Assembly (NCBI GenBank): GCA_025839675.1
Contig: CP104013.1
Coordinates: 2,160,001 to 2,192,000, forward strand
From: Candidatus Lokiarchaeum ossiferum
GTDB taxonomy: Archaea; Asgardarchaeota; Lokiarchaeia; Sigyniarchaeales; Promethearchaeaceae
DNA: 32,000 bases
Direction: 5' to 3'
Of the stretch, positions 25,963 through 32,000 are shown piece after piece. The translations under genes and the position numbers were made by a program. Below the pieces are notes generated by a model. It worked only from the letters and a program-made list of their open reading frames with translations. It searched no databases and was not told the DNA's origin. Each line of letters starts with the position of its first letter. Position 1 is the stretch's first letter.

Positions 25963-26922
25963 ATGCCAGAGAATTATTACAAATTAGGAATTGTTTCAGG
26001 AAAGGGAGGAGTTGGAAAAACTTCTATTACAGCATCGCTTGCTTGTTCATTAAGTGATCAAGGTATAAATCTTATTGCAGCCGATACGGATGTGGATGCT
26101 CCAAACCTCCAAATTCTTTTTCAAACTAATGGAGTACCAAAGAAATCCTTTACTCTGCAGACTACAGAAAAGGCGACTTTTATTGCTTCATCATGTTCTC
26201 ATTGTAAAAGATGCATTTCAGAAGAATTTTGTTCTTTCGGAGCACTATCATGGGACGAAAAATGTTTAGAACCAATTATTGACGTTGTAGCATGTGAAGG
26301 TTGCCGTGCTTGCTCACTACTTTGCCCAGAAAAAAGTTTTGAAATAAATCCAGTAGATAGTGGAAATGTAGTTCATTTAGAAGGAGAATTTGGATTTGAT
26401 GTAATTACAGGCCAAACAATCTTGGGATCCCAAACTTCTGGAAAGCTAGTCACGGAATTAAAGAAATATGCGGGAAAAATTGCAGATTTAGAAGAAAAAG
26501 ATCTCTTAATCATCGATGGCCCCCCTGGGATAGGATGCCCTGTAATTGCAGCAGTAGCTAATTTAGACTACTGCATCGTTGTCATTGAACCAAGTTCCGC
26601 GGCATTACATGATGCAAAGCGTGTGATAGAAGTCATTTCACAGTTTAAAATACCTATTGGTATTATCATTAACAAATCAGATATGTTTCCTGATGGCTAT
26701 CAATTAATATCTCAATACATTAAGGATTATCAACTTGAATTGCTAGGGGATATTCCTTTAGACGATAATTGGCCTCAATCGATAGCTCAAGGATTACCAA
26801 TTATTAAATTTGATCCAAAGGGGATACCGGCAGAAAGACTGCGGGTGATCTCAACTAAATTATTGAAAAAAATTAAATTAAAAACAAAAATAATAGGAGT
26901 AGAAAAAAATGAAAAGATATAG
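25963..26922 (+). CDS. MinD/ParA-superfamily P-loop ATPase with an inserted 2x[4Fe-4S] ferredoxin domain (COG1149), paralogue 2
   Basis: GGAG SD, ATG 2 nt after the previous stop, 319 aa. Walker A VSGKGGVGKT. Insert with CSHCKRCISEEFC (atypical spacing) and CEGCRACSLLCP. Walker B/switch II LLIIDGPPGIGCP. Confidence 0.85.
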   Translation: MPENYYKLGIVSGKGGVGKTSITASLACSLSDQGINLIAADTDVDAPNLQILFQTNGVPKKSFTLQTTEKATFIASSCSHCKRCISEEFCSFGALSWDEKCLEPIIDVVACEGCRACSLLCPEKSFEINPVDSGNVVHLEGEFGFDVITGQTILGSQTSGKLVTELKKYAGKIADLEEKDLLIIDGPPGIGCPVIAAVANLDYCIVVIEPSSAALHDAKRVIEVISQFKIPIGIIINKSDMFPDGYQLISQYIKDYQLELLGDIPLDDNWPQSIAQGLPIIKFDPKGIPAERLRVISTKLLKKIKLKTKIIGVEKNEKI

Positions 26923-27301
26923 TATAGCCACGGATAATGGACAAGTTTCGCAACATTTTGGAAGATGCCCAACTTATACTTTTATCGATGTGGAAAATAG
27001 CACAGTTGTAAAAAAAACGACGGTTCAAAACCCAGGCCATCAAGTTGGAACTATTCCAAAATTTCTCCATGAAAATTCTGTAAATGTCATTATTGCAGGA
27101 GGGATGGGGAGAAGAGCCATAGATTTTTTTAATCAATACAATATTCAACCTATATTGGGCGCATCGGGCACTATTGAAAATATAGTCGACGTAATTTTAT
27201 CCGGCGAATTGAAAAGTGGAGATAGTACTTGTGTTCCCAGAAAAGGGAAGGATTACGGTCTCCCTAAAGAAGAATGCGATGAATCTCACCACGAACATTA
27301 A
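26909..27301 (+). CDS. NifX-like protein (PF02579/COG1433), copy 2, with a Cys/His-rich C-terminal tail
   Basis: AGGAG SD. The ATG overlaps the previous gene by 14 nt. MKRYSIATDNGQVSQHFGRCPTYTFIDV...NPGHQVGTIPKFLHENSVNVIIAGGMGRRAIDFFNQYNIQPILG. Tail: STCVPRKGKDYGLPKEECDESHHEH. Confidence 0.8.
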   Translation: MKRYSIATDNGQVSQHFGRCPTYTFIDVENSTVVKKTTVQNPGHQVGTIPKFLHENSVNVIIAGGMGRRAIDFFNQYNIQPILGASGTIENIVDVILSGELKSGDSTCVPRKGKDYGLPKEECDESHHEH

Positions 27302-27433
27302 CTTCAATATTTTTTATTTTATTCTTCCTTTTTCCCTTTTTCCATCTTGTTAATTACATTCAAATGATATTCTATAATCGTAATCTTCTTATTTTGCCAA
27401 TTGTTTGAATAGATATTCAGAAAAGTGATTACT

Positions 27434-27802
27434 ATGAGTTTATTAAAAGTAGCATTTCCATCCACAGTTGAAGGATTAACTGGGGAACTAGTCCCTCATT
27501 TTGGCCACACCCCAGCCTTCACTATTTTAGAATATGATGAAGAATCCAAGGAGGTATCGAATGTTGAAGTACTTCAGAACGCACCACATCAACAGGGAGG
27601 CTGCATGCAGCCCGTAATGTTCTTGAAAAATGCAGGTGTTAATTCCGTCGTTTTAGGTGGGATTGGACAAAGGCCTTTGATGGGATTCTTACAAGTTGGT
27701 GTCGAACCTTATGCAGGAATTCAAGGAACAGTTAAAGAGAATTTTGAAGCCTTTGTGGCTGAAAAACTGCAAAAAATGGCTAAAGCTTCATGTAATCATT
27801 AA
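27434..27802 (+). CDS. NifX-like protein (PF02579/COG1433), copy 3
   Basis: MSLLKVAFPSTVEGLTGELVPHFGHTPAFTILEYD...APHQQGGCMQPVMFLKNAGVNSVVLGGIGQRPLMGFLQVGVEPYAG. The track start at 27425 is GTG. I prefer the ATG at 27434. A 123-nt T-rich gap separates it from copy 2, so it may have its own promoter. Confidence 0.75.
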   Translation: MSLLKVAFPSTVEGLTGELVPHFGHTPAFTILEYDEESKEVSNVEVLQNAPHQQGGCMQPVMFLKNAGVNSVVLGGIGQRPLMGFLQVGVEPYAGIQGTVKENFEAFVAEKLQKMAKASCNH

Positions 27803-27809
27803 GCTAAAA

Positions 27810-27820
27810 TTTTTTTTTTT
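27810..27820 (+). terminator. oligo-T run (T11) 8 nt after the stop of NifX-like copy 3, putative terminator
   Basis: The sequence is taagctaaaaTTTTTTTTTTTattctttga. It shows the same T-run + ATTCTT arrangement seen after 10330 and 27301. Confidence 0.35.
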
Positions 27821-27946
27821 ATTCTTTGATATTATCTTTGAAAAATAAGCTTCTTCGCAAGGTTTATTATTTTAATATTTAAAAAAGTTAATAAATTTCT
27901 GAATCCAGATTTAATCATTGAGTGGATTGTATATATCTGGTGAAAA

Positions 27947-28414
27947 TTGGAATTGCCAAAAAAGAAATTAAGGGAAAGTTATGATAAAGACCTTTTCCAA
28001 AAACAAAACTTGTTTTATAGAAATGTCCGTAATGAAAACGATGTTGATCAGCCAATCACGATAACCTTGGAAGAATACAGCGCTTTAAGATTAAATAGCT
28101 ATATACATAAGGATGTAAAAAAGGGAAGGCAAGCACTATGTGCAAAAGAGTTCAACGTAAGTCAGCCTACTTTTAGCCGAATATTAAAAAGTGGAACCGA
28201 AAAAATAGTTCAAGCGTTAGTGGAAGAAAGGAACTTTCAAATAGCTGGAGGTAATATTGGATATAAATTAAATGGGTGGGGTTGCTGGAATTGTAATTGG
28301 GAAAGTGAAGTTGAAGAGCAGGATGAGTCCCTCCCAAAACCTGATAAATGTCCAAAATGTAGCTCCAAAAAATTATTCCAATTGAAAAAAATTGTTACCA
28401 AATGGAGTACTTAA
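27947..28414 (+). CDS. divergent DUF134-like putative DNA-binding protein with a C-terminal zinc ribbon; TTG start
   Basis: The core ITLEEYSALRLNSYIHKD...QALCAKEFNVSQPTFSRILKSGTEKIVQALVEERNFQIAGG is colinear with the DUF134 core of 23727..24266 (LTAEEFEALRLRNYDHK..TDAAEEMAISQTTYSRIVSRAYEKLAKAFIEG). The C-terminal ribbon is CWNCNWE...CPKCSSKK. A stop at 27941-27943 sits in frame just upstream and there is no in-frame ATG, so TTG 27947 is the only plausible start. Confidence 0.6.
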   Translation: MELPKKKLRESYDKDLFQKQNLFYRNVRNENDVDQPITITLEEYSALRLNSYIHKDVKKGRQALCAKEFNVSQPTFSRILKSGTEKIVQALVEERNFQIAGGNIGYKLNGWGCWNCNWESEVEEQDESLPKPDKCPKCSSKKLFQLKKIVTKWST

Positions 28415-28435
28415 AATAATACAGAAGGAATTGGG

Positions 28436-29155
28436 ATGAAAAATTGCCCCCCACACTTTTTTCGAATCCACCCAAGCAGTTTAATTGCATTTCTAATCAT
28501 TTTCATTAATGCTGGATTGAATTTATTTTATCGAGGATATAACTTAAGTTTTTTTACAATATTACTTGTAGCTTCGATTTCAACAGTGCTAGCAATTTTG
28601 AGTTTAATTTTACATGAGCTAATTCACGCAAGTATAGGAAAAGCTCGTTCAATCCCAGTTCAAAATATCATAGTTAACTTTTTGGGAGGATTTACTGTCT
28701 TTCAAGAAGAGACCATTGAAGCAAAAGATGAATTCTGGATAACATTAGGAGGACCCTTATCCAATGCAATACTCGGAATACTACTATATTTACCAAATTG
28801 GTTAGAAGAGTCGACCACAATGTCATTATACTTTCAATTTATGTTGAGCTATTGTGCACTCATCAACTTTCTTTATGCAGGATTTAATCTTCTTCCCATA
28901 TACCCCTATGATGGTGGCCGAATTTTGCGTTCAATTCTTTGGATGAGAAAGAAAGAATACAATAATGCTACAATTAAGTCAATATATGTTGGATATTATA
29001 CCGGAATTGTCGTAGTTGCATTAGGATTCTATTTTTTGATTGAAAAGTTTTTTCCATTCTATAATTTCGGAATAATAATAATTGGATTTTACTTCATATC
29101 CGTTTCTCGCACTTATATCAAACAAATTAATGAATTCAATTCAACTAAAACATAA
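28436..29155 (+). CDS. M50-family site-2 protease (intramembrane zinc metalloprotease)
   Basis: GAAGGA SD, ATG 21 nt after the previous stop, 239 aa, polytopic. HExxH in a TM helix (LHELIHA) and the second signature FNLLPIYPYDGGRIL (N-x-x-P-x-x-x-x-D-G). Confidence 0.8.
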   Translation: MKNCPPHFFRIHPSSLIAFLIIFINAGLNLFYRGYNLSFFTILLVASISTVLAILSLILHELIHASIGKARSIPVQNIIVNFLGGFTVFQEETIEAKDEFWITLGGPLSNAILGILLYLPNWLEESTTMSLYFQFMLSYCALINFLYAGFNLLPIYPYDGGRILRSILWMRKKEYNNATIKSIYVGYYTGIVVVALGFYFLIEKFFPFYNFGIIIIGFYFISVSRTYIKQINEFNSTKT

Positions 29156-29199
29156 AGTACGCTAAAATAATCAAACCTGCTTGAAAAATTGAAAAAAAA

Positions 29200-29406
29200 T
29201 CAACTTGTAAATGGTTTCTTATCTGATTTGAAAAATGTCTCTTTATCTAAACCATCCATGTTTAATAAAAGAGAAAAATTGGCTTTGGAAAGTTCTTCTA
29301 CACCTAAATCTTGAATATTTTTTTGACCTTTACTCAATTTCTCTTTAACGGTTTTTTTCTTAGAATCATCTTTACTAACCATGTTGTTTTTTGCTTGTTC
29401 TGTCAT
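29200..29406 (-). CDS. small hypothetical protein (68 aa), paralogue of 29490..29693
   Basis: The track ORF starts at TTG 29463. I prefer the ATG at 29406 (MTEQAKNN...), preceded by GAGGGAG 5-6 nt upstream and a CATAAATATC TATA-like box. Its C-terminus, ANFSLLLNMDGLDKETFFKSDKKPFTS, aligns without gaps to the neighbour's C-terminus. A T8 run follows the stop on the coding strand. Confidence 0.4.
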   Translation of the reverse strand: MTEQAKNNMVSKDDSKKKTVKEKLSKGQKNIQDLGVEELSKANFSLLLNMDGLDKETFFKSDKKPFTS

Positions 29407-29489
29407 ACAACTCCCTCTAACTAAAATATCGTTTTTAAGATATTTATGTGTTGTCATAAACAATAAAAATAAAAAATTATAGAAAAATA

Positions 29490-29693
29490 TTATTTTGTGA
29501 AGGGTACCTTTCTAGACCACAAAGGTCCTTCGTTTTCACAGCCATGATGTTCCATTAAACGGGCAAAATTTTTTCTTTCTGGTTCACTATTCCCATCTAT
29601 TGTATCTTCTAACCTATATCCACGTTCACTAGTCGGTTTTTTGCCCACTTTATCAATTTTAAAGTGTGTTTTTTCCGACATTAAATTCCCCAT
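29490..29693 (-). CDS. small hypothetical protein (63-67 aa), paralogue of 29200..29406
   Basis: The track ORF starts at TTG 29729. The first ATGs are 29693 (MGNLMSEK...) and 29681 (MSEKTHF...). A TTTTAAATATTT TATA-like box lies at ~29745-29756. Its C-terminus is KNFARLMEHHGCENEGPLWSRKVPFTK. Confidence 0.4.
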   Translation of the reverse strand: MGNLMSEKTHFKIDKVGKKPTSERGYRLEDTIDGNSEPERKNFARLMEHHGCENEGPLWSRKVPFTK

Positions 29694-29786
29694 AATCCTT
29701 ATCGTCTTAGCCTTTAAAATATTACTCAAAACTCGATAAATTTCAAATATTTAAAATTTTAGAAATTAATTGAAAGAAAAAATGGA

Positions 29787-32000
29787 TTAAAATCCCATCG
29801 ACTTGGGTTTAGCAGAAAAAAAACCATAGTGGAAAGTTCCCAGAAAATCGATCCCACATAATTCCCACACATCTACATTAGATTTTGGATCACTTAGCAT
29901 GTCACCGATTAATTTTAGATTTTCTTTTGCACAATACATGTTTTTCAATTTTAAATGAATATACTTGGAATAGAATGGAAGCTGCACCCACTTAAAATTT
30001 TTGGGATTATTAGATAATTCAGGAACTTTAAACTTATGAGGACGAAAACCCCAGAATGCCAATTTATCAACACTTAAGGGCAGTTTTTTTCCATTTTTAA
30101 AATTGAAATATGAAAAGCTAAATTTGCGAGTAGAAGGATTATAAGAAATGTCTCCAAGTATCTTGATACTCTCTTTATGGTTACTAAATTCTAATCCATC
30201 AACAACTAAATCGGAATGTGAAATGGCGAACAATACACAGAATTTAGACTTTAAGTGCTGATTTGTGGAGGAACCATTCATTAACTTTGAAGTTAGTTTG
30301 TAGATGAAATCGGGCAAAATAGAATGAGAAATGATTATAATATTCTTAATTTTAATTAATAGATGTAAGATTGCTTGTATTTTCGAGATGGAATTCTCTT
30401 CAATCAGATCCAAGGATGGAGAAAGCATCAAAACAAAATGAGAAATATTATTAATATCTCCTTGCATTAACCGAATTTTTTTTGATAGTTTGAAATCTTG
30501 GAAAGCAATTTCAGAAGAACTACCATCGAAATCAGTGATATCTTCAAGATTGGTGATTTTTACATTATCTCCATCAGATAAGAAAAATCCATTTTGGTTT
30601 AAAATTTGATGAATGTGCTCATCCCACCTATCAATGCTCTTGAAATTTACCTCTTCTACCGAAAACGGAGACACAACCCTATCTTTTTTTTTATGTTGAA
30701 GAGGCAATTCATATCGAACTTGATCTTTCGATTTTCGTTCATGGGCCAGATCACTTAAACTAATTTTATTTACTGGGGTATAATGAAAGTCATTTGATTC
30801 AATATTCCATTTAAAACAGGGAAAAATAGTACCAATTAACCAATTACAAGTCGATAGAATGGCCGTCGGACTTGTATCGAAAACAATCCACTTTCTTTCC
30901 AATTTTTCAGCGACCATCGCTGTCGTTCCAGAACCACTTGTAGGATCAAGCACTAAATCCCCCGGACGTGTGGTCATAGCCATACATCTTTGAATCACTT
31001 TTGGGTTAGTATGTACGGTGTAATGTTTTTTAGCTGCAAAAGTACTTGTAGATGTATCAGTCCATAGATTTGTTAATATCATTGCAGGAAAATCAGATTC
31101 ATAACGTTTTCCATATAGTTTATTGTTAATTATTTGCACTCGATCCAGCTCAATCAACTTTTGAATAGCTGTTTTCTCCCAGCGCCATTCAAATCCATTT
31201 GGAGAAGCGATTTTTTTACCTTGATATTCAATTATGAATTGTCTTTCAAAACGATTTGGCTTCAGAGGATTGATGCGTTTAACTAATTCTTGAGGTTTAA
31301 AGCGGATAATTTCTCCATTTTTGGGATTTTTAGAAGAATAAGTGAATGTTTTGGCGATTTTATCCATAGGACGCTCAGTGAAAAGATTTCGTCGAAAAAC
31401 TTGTTTTTTATCTTTCGCATACCATAGAAGATAATCTGCGATGCCTTGAACCTTATTGGTACTTATAGCCGTTCTAAATGTTATTTGACTGACGCAATTT
31501 TCGATGCCAAAAATTTCATCAAGTAAACAGCGAACATAATGTAAGTTTTTTTCTCCAATTTGAACAAAAATCGAACCACTACTGGTTAATAATTCCCGAA
31601 AAAGAACGAATCTTACTCTGAGATAGGCTAAGTAAGAACTTAGACCATTTTTCCAAGTATCCAGATAACCTTCAGATTGAGATGACCCTGAAGTGTGTTT
31701 TGCATCAAAATTTATTCCAAAAGGAGGATCCATATAAATCATCTGAACTTTAGAACCATATCCCGCCTTTAAAAGAGCATTCATCCCAATTAATGAATCT
31801 CCGTGAATTATTCGATTATGCCAAACTTCATCTTCATCTCCCAAAAATTTGATGTATTTAGTGGTTTCGAATTCATTTTCAAATTTCTCCTTTCCAAGAA
31901 TCATCTTTAAATTGCTTAAAATTTTCTTTGAATCGAAAAAATTAATCGAATTTAATTTGGCTTCGGGGACAGAAAAAGAAGTTTGAGGTTTATCCTGCCA
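29787..32000 (-). CDS. beta-class (motif IV before motif I) N6-adenine/N4-cytosine DNA methyltransferase, PF01555-type, with an unassigned ~355-aa C-terminal half; probably 5'-truncated by the window end
   Basis: NRIIHGDSLIGMNALL, then motif IV IYMDPPFGINF (aa 57-66 from the ATG at 31904). LLWYAKDK follows, then motif I GDLVLDPTSGSGTTAMVAEKLERKWIVFD (aa ~315-343). The frame stays open for all 32 codons from 31905 to 32000 (WQDKPQTSFSVPEAKLNSINFFDSKKILSNLK). The true start is therefore either the ATG at 31904 or beyond the window. Confidence 0.85.
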   Translation of the reverse strand, partial: WQDKPQTSFSVPEAKLNSINFFDSKKILSNLKMILGKEKFENEFETTKYIKFLGDEDEVWHNRIIHGDSLIGMNALLKAGYGSKVQMIYMDPPFGINFDAKHTSGSSQSEGYLDTWKNGLSSYLAYLRVRFVLFRELLTSSGSIFVQIGEKNLHYVRCLLDEIFGIENCVSQITFRTAISTNKVQGIADYLLWYAKDKKQVFRRNLFTERPMDKIAKTFTYSSKNPKNGEIIRFKPQELVKRINPLKPNRFERQFIIEYQGKKIASPNGFEWRWEKTAIQKLIELDRVQIINNKLYGKRYESDFPAMILTNLWTDTSTSTFAAKKHYTVHTNPKVIQRCMAMTTRPGDLVLDPTSGSGTTAMVAEKLERKWIVFDTSPTAILSTCNWLIGTIFPCFKWNIESNDFHYTPVNKISLSDLAHERKSKDQVRYELPLQHKKKDRVVSPFSVEEVNFKSIDRWDEHIHQILNQNGFFLSDGDNVKITNLEDITDFDGSSSEIAFQDFKLSKKIRLMQGDINNISHFVLMLSPSLDLIEENSISKIQAILHLLIKIKNIIIISHSILPDFIYKLTSKLMNGSSTNQHLKSKFCVLFAISHSDLVVDGLEFSNHKESIKILGDISYNPSTRKFSFSYFNFKNGKKLPLSVDKLAFWGFRPHKFKVPELSNNPKNFKWVQLPFYSKYIHLKLKNMYCAKENLKLIGDMLSDPKSNVDVWELCGIDFLGTFHYGFFSAKPKSMGF

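Noticed and set aside
214-27148. Short ORFs in the supplied track lying antisense to or inside strong CDSs. Examples: 214..405, 642..950, 1930..2256, 2151..2342, 2601..2909, 3177..3443, 3836..4144, 5118..5400, 6640..6852, 7846..8052, 8455..8769, 9199..9396, 10732..11056, 12082..12351, 12625..13011, 15717..16066, 16273..16530, 18047..18510, 18846..19155, 20599..20835, 21677..22431, 22887..23078, 25033..25278, 26075..26269, 26787..27148, 28173..28355
   Set aside because: Each overlaps a longer ORF with clear family motifs or membrane-protein character. Their translations are low-complexity, with no motifs. Such ORFs are expected by chance.
23727-28414. Nitrogen-fixation (nif) gene cluster, suggested by the NifX/NifB-like domains and NifH-like P-loop ATPases
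   Set aside because: The window has no nifD/K/E/N, no radical-SAM NifB domain and no true NifH. The ATPases have ferredoxin inserts and MinD-like sequence. PF02579-domain proteins are widespread outside diazotrophs.
19453-32000. Canonical BREX system (PglZ + ATPase + methyltransferase)
   Set aside because: The PglZ-like protein is only 390 aa. The methyltransferase is a PF01555 beta-class enzyme 6 kb away, across an unrelated cluster. No BrxA, BrxB or BrxL-like genes are visible. I keep it only as a speculative, reduced or novel arrangement in the findings.
1-32000. CRISPR arrays, IS elements or transposases, integrases, prophage structural genes, rRNA/tRNA genes
   Set aside because: I saw no regularly spaced direct repeats and no DDE, serine- or tyrosine-recombinase motifs in any long ORF. 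No G+C-rich RNA-like islands are visible against the AT-rich background. The only tandem repeat is the two-unit 83-bp duplication at 17323..17492.

Overview
AT-rich (roughly one-third G+C by eye) prokaryotic chromosomal segment. It is most consistent with an anaerobic archaeon, though the lineage cannot be fixed from sequence alone. Supporting signs are A/T-rich TATA-like boxes about 20-30 nt upstream of several start codons, oligo-T runs after gene ends, a sequon-rich beta-helix surface protein, and DUF134/COG1149/COG1433 genes. I support 30 protein-coding genes. One of them (1..477, minus strand) is missing from the supplied ORF track because it runs off the window edge. I recognised no rRNA, tRNA, CRISPR array, transposase or integrase. 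Left to right the window holds: tandem GNAT acetyltransferase paralogues; small membrane and Zn-finger proteins; an acyl-CoA synthetase; a PadR regulator with an asymmetric heterodimeric ABC exporter; a flavodoxin/ferredoxin fusion; a 1044-aa beta-helix/Fn3 surface protein with a coupled membrane partner; a DUF3795 protein; an MFS transporter; an 83-bp tandem duplication; a minus-strand run of 7TM protein, M24 Xaa-Pro peptidase, PglZ/alkaline-phosphatase-like enzyme and a 305-aa unknown; a divergent 726-aa P-loop ATPase; a compact cluster of three NifX-like (PF02579) proteins and two MinD-type ATPases with ferredoxin inserts, bracketed by two DUF134+Zn-ribbon proteins and followed by an M50 protease; two small paralogous ORFs; and a beta-class DNA methyltransferase with a long unassigned C-terminal half. 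The best candidate for an uncharacterised system is the DUF134/NifX-like/MinD-ferredoxin cluster (23727..29155). The second is the ATPase/unknown/PglZ-like neighbourhood (19453..23722). All family assignments come from motif recognition by eye, and no searches were run.
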